NCBI GenBank assembly: GCA_042218065.1 | Contig: JBDGRL010000012.1 | Span: 4,244-68,243, forward strand | Reading direction: 5' to 3' | Source of the DNA: Candidatus Magasanikiibacteriota bacterium | GTDB lineage: Bacteria; Patescibacteriota; Patescibacteriia; Magasanikbacterales; UBA922 | DNA: 64,000 bases | Shown here: one piece after another, positions 38,710 through 46,997 of the stretch | How positions within the stretch are numbered: position 1 is the first letter of the stretch | How the letters are laid out: the number at the start of each line of letters is the position of its first letter | Program-made: the position numbers and the translations under genes | Notes under the pieces: generated by a model | What the model was told of the DNA's origin: nothing | Database searches by the model: none | What the model saw: only the letters and a program-made list of their open reading frames with translations

Positions 38710-39309
38710 ATGGCGAATAGGCCCGAGAAGATATCAGAAGAAGAAATACACGAAAACCCCTGGTGGAGCTACAAGCACGATAAATATAAATTGCCAAGCG
38801 GAGAAGAGGGTGACTATTATTATGCTGATACAGAAGGTGGAGTAATGGTAGTGCCGGTACTCCCAGACGGGAAACTGGGACTGATTCGGCAGTACAGATA
38901 CCTTGCAGACAAAAAGGGGATAGAGTTCCCCGGAGGTCAAATACTGGAAAATAAGAGCCCTGAAGAGTCAGCCAGGGTTGAGCTGAGAGAAGAAACGGGG
39001 TTTATAGCTGATGGATTTACTCAGGTAGCTACATTTGAAGTAGCTCCCGGCTTTGCCAAAGACAAAGCACACTTATTTTTAGCTCAAGTTGAAGAGCAAA
39101 AACAGCAGCAACTAGACAGCTCTGAAAATATAGAGGTTTTATCGAGGAGAGTAGATGAATTTCAGGAAATGATTACACGTGGGGATATTTTCCACGGTAT
39201 GACTCTCGCCGCTTGGAGCTTGGTGTCTCCATATTTTGAACGTCTACATGAAGAACCGAGAGAAAAATCGCCAAAAGTAAAGCAGATTCTAGATAAAATA
39301 TTTCGTTAA
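38710..39309 (+). CDS. NUDIX hydrolase (paralog 1)
   Basis: 199 aa with Nudix box GGQILENKSPEESARVELREETGF. Confidence 0.8.
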   Translation: MANRPEKISEEEIHENPWWSYKHDKYKLPSGEEGDYYYADTEGGVMVVPVLPDGKLGLIRQYRYLADKKGIEFPGGQILENKSPEESARVELREETGFIADGFTQVATFEVAPGFAKDKAHLFLAQVEEQKQQQLDSSENIEVLSRRVDEFQEMITRGDIFHGMTLAAWSLVSPYFERLHEEPREKSPKVKQILDKIFR

Positions 39310-39866
39310 TGACAGCTAAATTTAATAAAAAGTCTGAAGAGGTCGTAGCTAAAAATCCTTATTGGGTTTATAAGCATGATAAATATGAGCTACCTAATGG
39401 AGAGGATAGTGACTATTATTATGCCGATATTAATGATTTTGTAATGATTGTGCCTGTCTTAGATAGTGAAACCTTAGTTGCTATTAAAGAGTTTAGGTAT
39501 TTACTTCAGGATTATAGCATAGAACTGCCGGGTGGTTATTGTGAGGATGACAAAACTATAAAAGATTCAGCTAAGAGCGAGCTTAAAGAAGAAACAGGAT
39601 ATGGTGTAGATAAGTTGGAGAAAGTTGGTAGTTTCGGGTCTTCGCCGGGGGTTATGAAAAACACCACCCATGTTTTTTGGGCTTCTGTATCAAAAAAAGA
39701 TAAACAAAAACTTGATGAGTCTGAGGAGATAGAAGTGCTTGAGATGTCAATAAAAAAATTTCAAAGGTTAATAAAAGAGGATAAGGTCAAACATGGAGAA
39801 ACATTGGGGGCATGGACACTAGTTTCTGCAAAAATACAAAGGGAAGTTGATAGTTTTAATATATAA
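39309..39866 (+). CDS. NUDIX hydrolase (paralog 2, tandem duplicate)
   Basis: 185 aa with Nudix box GGYCEDDKTIKDSAKSELKEETGY. Its N-terminus PYWVYKHDKYELPNGEDSDYYYAD parallels PWWSYKHDKYKLPSGEEGDYYYAD in paralog 1. Confidence 0.8.
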   Translation: MTAKFNKKSEEVVAKNPYWVYKHDKYELPNGEDSDYYYADINDFVMIVPVLDSETLVAIKEFRYLLQDYSIELPGGYCEDDKTIKDSAKSELKEETGYGVDKLEKVGSFGSSPGVMKNTTHVFWASVSKKDKQKLDESEEIEVLEMSIKKFQRLIKEDKVKHGETLGAWTLVSAKIQREVDSFNI

Positions 39867-39868
39867 AC

Positions 39869-40879
39869 ATGAATTTACTAGTAACTGGAGGTGCTGGTTT
39901 TATCGGTAGTAACTTCATCCATTATTGGCTGGATGAAAACCCTGAGGATGAGGTTGTAAACCTTGATCTTCTTACTTATGCCGGTAATTTAGAGAATTTA
40001 AAAGATGTGGAGAACAACCCAAACTACTCTTTTATTAAGGGTGATATAACTAACAAAGAGTTAGTGGAGGATGTCATCAGAGAGCATGAAATCGACACTA
40101 TCGTACATTTTGCAGCTGAAAGTCATGTAGACCGATCCATAATGAATTGTGAGGATTTTGTGCACACAAATGTAGTTGGCACTTACTCTTTGTTAGAGCA
40201 AGCTAGAGATTTTAACCTAAATTTTCATCATGTCTCTACTGATGAGGTCTTTGGAGAGCTGGATCCGGAAGACCCGCCTTTTGATGAAAATACCGACTAT
40301 GACCCGCAAAGCCCGTATGCGGCCTCAAAAGCAGGGTCTGATCATCTGGTTCGTTCTTATCATAATACTTACGATTTAGAGGTGACTATCTCCAACTGTT
40401 CTAATAACTATGGACCATACCAATTTCCGGAAAAAATTATTCCTTTGTTTATTTCGAATCTAATGACTGATGAAAAGGTTCCGGTCTATGGTGATGGAAA
40501 ACAGCGTAGAGACTGGATACATGTAGATGATCACAGCCGAGGAGTTGAAAAGATTATAAAAGATGGGGAGTCGGGAGAAACATATTGTTTGGGAGGTGAC
40601 AGTGAAATGACAAACTTAGAGCTTACTAAAACTTTGCTGGAGTTGATGGACAAGGATGAGTCATATATAAAACACGTAAAAGACAGGCCCGGCCACGATA
40701 GAAGGTATGCTATAGATTTCTCTAAGGCTAAAGAGAAGCTCGGTTGGGAGCCACAAATTGAGTTTAGACAAGGACTTAAAAATACCATTGAGTGGTACGA
40801 ACAAAACCAGGAGTGGGTGAAAAGATGTAAAAGCGGCGAGTACAGAGATTACTATAAGCAGCAATATAAAAAAAGATAA
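39869..40879 (+). CDS. rfbB: dTDP-glucose 4,6-dehydratase (RmlB)
   Basis: 336 aa. MNLLVTGGAGFIGSNF and a YAASKAGSD (YxxxK) motif are typical of RmlB. Confidence 0.85.
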   Translation: MNLLVTGGAGFIGSNFIHYWLDENPEDEVVNLDLLTYAGNLENLKDVENNPNYSFIKGDITNKELVEDVIREHEIDTIVHFAAESHVDRSIMNCEDFVHTNVVGTYSLLEQARDFNLNFHHVSTDEVFGELDPEDPPFDENTDYDPQSPYAASKAGSDHLVRSYHNTYDLEVTISNCSNNYGPYQFPEKIIPLFISNLMTDEKVPVYGDGKQRRDWIHVDDHSRGVEKIIKDGESGETYCLGGDSEMTNLELTKTLLELMDKDESYIKHVKDRPGHDRRYAIDFSKAKEKLGWEPQIEFRQGLKNTIEWYEQNQEWVKRCKSGEYRDYYKQQYKKR

Positions 40880-40888
40880 TTAAATTTT

Positions 40889-41740
40889 ATGAAAATATTA
40901 ATTATCGGTGATGGCTTCATTGGGAACAGATGTGCAAATTCCTGGGAAGATGAAGCTGTAATTTCAGACAAAAGGATAAACTCTACTGAAGATATAGTTT
41001 CTGAGATTGAAAAATACAAACCTGATGCCGTACTCAATGCGGCTGGGCGTACAGGAAGACCAAATGTAGACTGGTGCGAAGATAATCAGCTGGAAACTAT
41101 TGTAGGAAATACAAAGCTTCCGATAATACTAGCAGAAGGGTGTCATGAAACTGATACTTATTTGCTTCATGTTGGGTCCGGTTGTATCTTCTATGGTGAG
41201 TCACATCATGAGGACGGAAAGTGGAGAGAAGATGATCACGGCAACCCTGAACCAGTATATTCACGTACAAAGTGGGCTGCCGATCTTACTCTTTCAACTC
41301 TGGAAAATGTAGGTATTGCTCGGATCAGGATGCCGATTGATCATGTTCCCAGCCCCAGAAATCTGATTGATAAGCTAATAAATTATGAGAAGGTAATAGA
41401 TGTAGAAAACAGTGTTACTATCGTAGAAGATATGATAGACGTTTTTTATCAACTATTAGAGCAAAAAGGAGAAGAGATTTATCATGTAACCAATCCCGGC
41501 ACTTTAAAGCACAGGGATATCATAAGCCACTATAAGGAATATGTAGACCCCGACCATGATAATGAGTGGATTACCGAAGAGGAGTTAGTTGAACTGGGAT
41601 TAGCCGATAAAGAGAGATCAAACAATTTTCTTCACTCTAGTAACTTAGAAGATTTGGGGATAGAAATGAGGCACATTCAAGATGCTATCGAAGATACGAT
41701 GAAAAAATATGCAGAATTAAAGAAGATAAATAATGACTAA
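40889..41740 (+). CDS. NAD(P)-dependent sugar-nucleotide reductase, probable dTDP-4-dehydrorhamnose reductase (RmlD-like)
   Basis: 283 aa. GDGFIG Rossmann motif, YSRTK (YxxxK), size and position next to rmlB. Confidence 0.5.
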   Translation: MKILIIGDGFIGNRCANSWEDEAVISDKRINSTEDIVSEIEKYKPDAVLNAAGRTGRPNVDWCEDNQLETIVGNTKLPIILAEGCHETDTYLLHVGSGCIFYGESHHEDGKWREDDHGNPEPVYSRTKWAADLTLSTLENVGIARIRMPIDHVPSPRNLIDKLINYEKVIDVENSVTIVEDMIDVFYQLLEQKGEEIYHVTNPGTLKHRDIISHYKEYVDPDHDNEWITEEELVELGLADKERSNNFLHSSNLEDLGIEMRHIQDAIEDTMKKYAELKKINND

Positions 41741-42476
41741 TACACATCAACCTAAAAGTTACGATGAATTCGATAAACGCGAATGGTGGAATGAAGCTGA
41801 AAAAGAAATATTTAAAAAAGTTACCGCCGAAAAATTACCGGAATCTGTTCCAGATGCTGTAGTCTGGATCGAAGGGGATGCAAGGGATAGAGTAGATAAG
41901 ACTATGGAAGTATTGGAATATTATAACCATAAACCAAAGCTAATTTTATCCGGTGGGCTAGAAGGAAACCCATATCGACCAGACTCTGATTTGCGACCCG
42001 ACGGTGGAAATATCCCTTCCTGGGAGATAAAAGAAGAATTCCTCGAGCGAGGAGTAGATAAGGAAAATATAATTTTAGAAGATGAATCTCGCAACGGTTT
42101 AGAGCAAGCAATCAATGATGTCGAGATTGCAAAGAAACGAGACTATGACAGCTTAGTCTTGGTTGCTTCAACTTGGCATCAGCCGAGGTTATTTTTGACT
42201 TTTGTCAATCAGCTACATGAACAAGATGCTTTGGATATTGAGCTGATTAACCAACCGGAGACCAGCTATCCACTAGATAGAAAAATTCCTGGCCGAGGAA
42301 AAGATACATTGGAGATGCTACAAGAGGATCTCTGGAAAATAACTGAATACAATGAAAATGGAACTGTTGCTAAAGCTGAAGTTGAGCTGGAGTATTTGGA
42401 AAGGTTTGAGAAAGAGTATGAAGAAGTCAGTGAAAAGATTGAAGAAATTGTCGAAGAAATTGAGTTAAAAAAGTAG
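41733..42476 (+). CDS. YdcF/ElyC-like DUF218 family protein
   Basis: 247 aa. ..LILSGG...EDESRNGLEQA...LVLVASTWHQPR.. resembles the DUF218 core (E-S-R-N-T-x-E-N pattern). Confidence 0.45.
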   Translation: MTNTHQPKSYDEFDKREWWNEAEKEIFKKVTAEKLPESVPDAVVWIEGDARDRVDKTMEVLEYYNHKPKLILSGGLEGNPYRPDSDLRPDGGNIPSWEIKEEFLERGVDKENIILEDESRNGLEQAINDVEIAKKRDYDSLVLVASTWHQPRLFLTFVNQLHEQDALDIELINQPETSYPLDRKIPGRGKDTLEMLQEDLWKITEYNENGTVAKAEVELEYLERFEKEYEEVSEKIEEIVEEIELKK

Positions 42477-42477
42477 T

Positions 42478-44010
42478 ATGTCACCCCCAAACCGAGGAGA
42501 TAATAATAGAGATCCTGGAAAATTAGGCGATGAAAATTCTGTAAATAACCCAGAACAAGAACCTGGAGAAGAGTTTTTAGACCCTAATCAAAAACCTGAA
42601 AGATATTATGGTGAGCCTGGTAGTTTGTCTGAAAAGTTAGAGTTAATAGATAAAGTTATTCTAAGAAGAGATGCTGATTTGTTAGTTGAGGAAGACTTAA
42701 TGACTGATGATCAATTGATGGAGTATTTAGTATTGGTTGAGGGTGAGCAGTCAGAGCAGATAGTTCGTATGATTAGAAGTTTTAACGTTTTAGTTGAAGA
42801 CTTTACTTCGCAAGATGAAGATCCTTTTTCAGTTGAGGGAATTAGAAAAATAGCTAATAGAACTGGCTTGGATCGTCCTAGTTTTTTTACCAAGATAGCC
42901 AAAGCATATTTTCACATGGGCCAATTTGATCCCTCTTTTTTTCTTACAAGTGAAAGATTGACAAAAGCGGTACTTGATCTAAAAGAGGGAGAAATTTCTC
43001 CGATAGAAAAAGCTGATGCGGTTGAAACCTTAGGTTCTATTCAGGATAAATTTGGAGATCAAGCCAGTGCTTATAAACTAAAAGAAAGCGGATTACAAGT
43101 TTTAAATCATTCAGATATGCAAGATGTAAATCAAGCATGGTTAAAAGCAAAGTGTCTCCACGGAATGGCTGACTATCAAATAGATGATGAGAGAGTTCCT
43201 AATGAAAAGATAGAAGATAGATTTGAAGAGGTAGAACAGATCCTCCGTGATATTCAAGATGAAGCTCATGTAGCTAGAACAAAACTAGATATAGCAAAGT
43301 TTCATATTCAAAATGAGGATTATAAAAAAGCTCACCAATATGCAAGCCAGGCTTATGAAGAATTACACGAAACTGGTTATATTAGGAAATTGCCGGACGC
43401 AGCTGAGATTATGAGGGATAGTCAAGAACAACTTAGTTCGGATGCACAAATTGTAAGAAGAATAGAACAAATCCAAACGCAAGACAGAGAAGCAATACAA
43501 CCTAAAAGAGAAGATTTAGTTGAACTTAAAGAAACAGAAGAAAAGTTAAAACCAGCTAGAGTTTTATTAAAACTCCCAAGCTCTTCTGGAGAAACTGTGT
43601 ATTTTGTTAAAAAAGATTCTGATGGAAGTTATGAGCTGCCAGAAATTGAAGGTTTGGAGAGTGGGGAGGGTTTTTCTAAGTTTGAAATGTTAAAAAATTT
43701 AGAAAGAATGCTAGCAGAGAATTTATCTGAGTCAGAAGATGCAGAATTAGAAAAAATTACATCTAATCATCCAGTCATTCCTACAGGTGAGGAAAAAAGA
43801 AGTGAAGATCGAGAGGTGCAATTATATAAAATAGATCTAACATCAGGACCACAAGATAAAATACCAGAGGTGAAACCTGGTGAGCTTGAAAAAAAAGAAA
43901 AATTTTGCTATGTTGCTATGAAATATGAAGAATTAAAGAGTAATCAAGAAAATTTTGATTCTGAATCGCAAAAATTGATTGAAGGAGAAATTGAATATCA
44001 AGGAGAGTAA
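42478..44010 (+). CDS. hypothetical acidic protein
   Basis: 510 aa, highly acidic and helical. No recognisable domain. Confidence 0.45.
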   Translation: MSPPNRGDNNRDPGKLGDENSVNNPEQEPGEEFLDPNQKPERYYGEPGSLSEKLELIDKVILRRDADLLVEEDLMTDDQLMEYLVLVEGEQSEQIVRMIRSFNVLVEDFTSQDEDPFSVEGIRKIANRTGLDRPSFFTKIAKAYFHMGQFDPSFFLTSERLTKAVLDLKEGEISPIEKADAVETLGSIQDKFGDQASAYKLKESGLQVLNHSDMQDVNQAWLKAKCLHGMADYQIDDERVPNEKIEDRFEEVEQILRDIQDEAHVARTKLDIAKFHIQNEDYKKAHQYASQAYEELHETGYIRKLPDAAEIMRDSQEQLSSDAQIVRRIEQIQTQDREAIQPKREDLVELKETEEKLKPARVLLKLPSSSGETVYFVKKDSDGSYELPEIEGLESGEGFSKFEMLKNLERMLAENLSESEDAELEKITSNHPVIPTGEEKRSEDREVQLYKIDLTSGPQDKIPEVKPGELEKKEKFCYVAMKYEELKSNQENFDSESQKLIEGEIEYQGE

Positions 44011-44176
44011 AAATATTACGACTAAATCGAAACAACTGCAGGCATAGCTAGCTGGATTTTTTTAATTTAGCTAGGTGTGCCTGCCTCGCTGAGGAGGACA
44101 CCCGCCAAAACTTCCCGCTGGGAATAAGTGGCGTCGTTATAGTCCGTAAACCTTTCCGCGAATGCGGAGGTTTGTG

Positions 44177-44791
44177 ATGAGTAACGAGCAACGGAGAGTC
44201 GTCTCGCTGGACGAAGTCCGCGAGACGCTCGCCGACGAATTTGGGGAAAAGGTCTTGATTGACCTGATTCCACAGATCGACGAGTCCCAGTGGGTCCTCG
44301 ACCTCTGGGCCGAGCTCGATGGGGCACAACCTCATGATGAGTGGGTCGCTGGTCGTCGAGATCGGCGATTCTTCGATGTGGGGGTTCGTAACCCCTATCT
44401 CGATCCCCCTCAAGGAGCGCCATGGGGGCAACTCGAGATCAGGGAGGAGCCGACGATTCAGCCGGACCAGTCCGGCAACCGGATCGTCGGGTACGTCCTC
44501 ATCGAGTCGCTTCGGCTCGAATACGGATCGGCCGTGCGTGTCACGGCCAGCTCCGTCTCGAACGATGAGGCGGAGATCTGCGTCGACGACCAGCCGGCGA
44601 TCGAGTCGGAGGACGAGGTCCACGGGATGTTTCGCACAAACGGCCCCCGAATCAACGGGGACGTGTTGGTGATCGAACGCCCGGTCGAATCCGCTGAGGG
44701 CGATGGGTGGGGAACCCCCAATGCCCTCATCAAGCAGGCCGAAGATCAAAAAGTCGGTCAAGGTCTGCGTCAAGCGGGCCTCGTCGAGTAA
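44177..44791 (+). CDS. hypothetical 204-aa acidic protein encoded within a about 60% GC foreign-looking block
   Basis: GGAGG at 44166-44170, then 6 nt, then ATG at 44177. There is a strong G/C third-codon-position bias (gag gtc tcg ctg gac ...) unlike all neighbouring genes. The track ORF 44162..44791 uses an upstream ATG without an RBS. The overlapping antisense ORFs are typical high-GC artefacts. Confidence 0.55.
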   Translation: MSNEQRRVVSLDEVRETLADEFGEKVLIDLIPQIDESQWVLDLWAELDGAQPHDEWVAGRRDRRFFDVGVRNPYLDPPQGAPWGQLEIREEPTIQPDQSGNRIVGYVLIESLRLEYGSAVRVTASSVSNDEAEICVDDQPAIESEDEVHGMFRTNGPRINGDVLVIERPVESAEGDGWGTPNALIKQAEDQKVGQGLRQAGLVE

Positions 44792-44938
44792 TTGAACACC
44801 AACACCCCGAGTCGCGAACCCACGGACTTCACGGCCCGTGCTGAAGCGGCTCGGGGTTGAGCCCCAGGAAAGGTAAGCCTGAGAATGGCGGAGCCGAATT
44901 TCCGAGAGGAGGGAGCCTAGCGTGTTAACGTGAGGCTA

Positions 44939-44963
44939 GCAGGTTCGAATCCTGCCCGGGGCA
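44939..44963 (+). other. tRNA/tmRNA-like 3' fragment: T-stem-loop GCAGG-TTCGAAT-CCTGC plus acceptor 3' strand CCGGGGC and discriminator A; no complete cloverleaf found
   Basis: Canonical GGTTCGAATCC T-loop context followed by a 7-nt acceptor strand and then TTTT. I could not find a complementary 5' acceptor strand, D arm or anticodon arm upstream. Confidence 0.45.
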
Positions 44964-45001
44964 TTTTGCACGATTGTTCGATCTTTGTAGAATTTGGGGG
45001 A

Positions 45002-45057
45002 GCCTAGAACAGTTTGTTCTAGGCAATACAAAAGCTCACCAAATCTGGTGAGTTTTT
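45002..45057 (+). terminator. two consecutive hairpins: GCCTAGAAC-agttt-GTTCTAGGC (9 bp) and CTCACC-aaatct-GGTGAG + TTTTT (terminator)
   Basis: Perfect stems at 45002-45024 and 45035-45052 with a T-run at 45053-45057. Confidence 0.55.
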
Positions 45058-45091
45058 GTATTTTTTGCTATAGTTTGAAAAAATAATTTTT

Positions 45092-46312
45092 GTGAAGGAA
45101 AAATTAGCTCGCAACCCAAAACTACTATTCTGGATTAATGCTTTGAAAAATGTGAAAGTTTTAAGCATTGTAATTTCTTTATTTTATCTTCACCGTGGTT
45201 TGAGTTTATCACAGATTTTTTATTTATCGATCGTCTGGGCGGTGACAAATTTACTATTTGAAATCCCTTCTAGCTACATGGCCGATAAGTGGGGCAGGAA
45301 GAAAACTTTATTTGTCGGTGCAGTCTCTTTTTTATTCTACTGGATTGTTTTGTTGGTTGGTGCTAGCTTTTGGGTATTTGCTTTTGCTATTTTTTTGTAT
45401 GCCTTTTCTTTTGCTTGTTTTTCTGGAACAGATGATGCTTTACTTTATGATACCAAAAAAGAGTTAGGCAAAGAGGCAGAAACTTTAGGTTCATTTGGTA
45501 AATATTACTCAGCCAAAAGGATTTTCAAAATTGCTGCTCCAATTTTAGGAGCAGTTATTGCTAAGGATTTACTTGAATGGCAATTTCAGCTAATCATCAG
45601 TATAGATATATTTGCTTCTCTGTTGGCTGTTATTATGACATTGTTTTTAGTTGAGCCCACTCACTACAAGGAAGTAAAACAAGAAGAGGCGGATATATTG
45701 TTAGATGCCTGGAATTTACTCAGCTCGAATAAAAATCTACTCAAAGCCATCTTAAATAAAACTCTGATTTTTATAGCTGGTTTTATAACTTTCCGCTATT
45801 ATCAAAAATTATTTGTCGATCTTGGTATGGCAGTAATAGCGATCGGTATCGGTTGGTCTATGTTTCAGGTAATAATGTTTTGGGGTAATCAAAAAATTAC
45901 TGAAGTCTTCAAAAATTATCCTTTGCCTCAAAGGATAGATTTCCTAAACTATATTTTTGCTGGTGTAATGAGTAGTTTTGTCGCTATTTATTTTATCGCT
46001 TCGGAGAGGTTTTATCTTCTATTTATTTTGTTTGTAGTGGCTCATATAGCCGAGACGCTTAGATATACTTTATTCTCCGAGATGTTCAACAAAAACTTCA
46101 AATCTTTCAATCGTTCGACAGCTTTATCTTTGTCAAATTTTCTTAAAAGTGTGCTAGATATTCCGTTGATATTTTTTGCCGGCTGGTTAGTTAGCCTCGA
46201 TATTATCTACCCTTATGTATTTGCTGCTATTTTAGCTGTTGTAGTTAGTTTGGTTGTTAGTCTCCACGGGTTAGGTTTATATGTTCAGAAAAAGCCAGTT
46301 AAAGCTTCCTAA
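45092..46312 (+). CDS. MFS transporter
   Basis: 406 aa with about 12 TM segments and MFS motif A MADKWGRKKTLFVGA between TM2 and TM3. GTG start, no clear RBS. Confidence 0.7.
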   Translation: MKEKLARNPKLLFWINALKNVKVLSIVISLFYLHRGLSLSQIFYLSIVWAVTNLLFEIPSSYMADKWGRKKTLFVGAVSFLFYWIVLLVGASFWVFAFAIFLYAFSFACFSGTDDALLYDTKKELGKEAETLGSFGKYYSAKRIFKIAAPILGAVIAKDLLEWQFQLIISIDIFASLLAVIMTLFLVEPTHYKEVKQEEADILLDAWNLLSSNKNLLKAILNKTLIFIAGFITFRYYQKLFVDLGMAVIAIGIGWSMFQVIMFWGNQKITEVFKNYPLPQRIDFLNYIFAGVMSSFVAIYFIASERFYLLFILFVVAHIAETLRYTLFSEMFNKNFKSFNRSTALSLSNFLKSVLDIPLIFFAGWLVSLDIIYPYVFAAILAVVVSLVVSLHGLGLYVQKKPVKAS

Positions 46313-46350
46313 TTTTTTTCAAAGTTTAAATATAATAATATGCCAAAAAA

Positions 46351-46995
46351 ATGAATACCAGAAGTACACAAAAAACAAATGTAAACAAAAAATTTAGCCC
46401 TGGTCACTACGGATTTGTATTGAAGCCAGATTCCAAAATAAGAGAAAAAGTTGAGAAAATCCAGCAGGAATTTTGTCCGAATGTAGAATTTAAGGCTGGA
46501 GCAGATGGGGATATTCACCTTACTTTATATCATGCTCCAATAAGTACTGTTTCCAAGCCAAAAATAGATAAAATTATCAAAACCGTCGAAGCTACAGGAA
46601 TATTAGATGAAAGATTACAACTTAGAGAGTTAGAAATTTATGGAGAAACATTTCTATTTTGGAGTGTCTCAACTATTCCAGAAGTGTTGACTGAAGCTCA
46701 TAAAAAAGCTTTAAATTTGGCTAACTTTTTACAGAAAGAGGCTTCTGAAAGTAAAGAAAATTTAGCAGGTTTAAGCGAGAAAGAACAAGAAAATATCAAA
46801 AAATATAATCATCCGCTGGTAAAAGATTTATACAAGCCTCATATTACTATTGCTTATAACTCGACAGGAATAGAAGTTGAATCTAAAAAAATTGAAAATT
46901 TCTCTCATTCTGCTTCTATTGACATTGAAGAAATAAGTTTTGCTCGTATAGGTGATAATGGTCGGGTAGAAGAAAATTTACTTACAATTTCTTAA
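46351..46995 (+). CDS. 2H phosphoesterase superfamily protein (LigT-like, two HxTx motifs)
   Basis: 214 aa with DIHLTLYHAP and KPHITIAYNS about 108 aa apart, the hallmark tandem H-x-T/S-x motifs of 2H phosphoesterases. Confidence 0.6.
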   Translation: MNTRSTQKTNVNKKFSPGHYGFVLKPDSKIREKVEKIQQEFCPNVEFKAGADGDIHLTLYHAPISTVSKPKIDKIIKTVEATGILDERLQLRELEIYGETFLFWSVSTIPEVLTEAHKKALNLANFLQKEASESKENLAGLSEKEQENIKKYNHPLVKDLYKPHITIAYNSTGIEVESKKIENFSHSASIDIEEISFARIGDNGRVEENLLTIS

Positions 46996-46997
46996 TT

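Noticed and set aside
44048-44773. 241-aa and 118-aa reverse-strand ORFs and a 117-aa plus-strand ORF (44319..44672) overlapping the high-GC ORF
   Set aside because: Long open frames on all strands are expected in about 60% GC DNA. Only the + frame starting at 44177 has an RBS and a coherent G/C third-position bias.
44860-44963. Complete tRNA or tmRNA gene
   Set aside because: Only the T-arm and 3' acceptor strand are recognisable. I could not find a complementary 5' acceptor strand (needs G[CU]4GG) or D and anticodon arms. A tag-like reading frame ...AEPNFREEGA* lies only about 40 nt from the T-arm, inconsistent with tmRNA pseudoknot spacing. I therefore report it as a fragment only.
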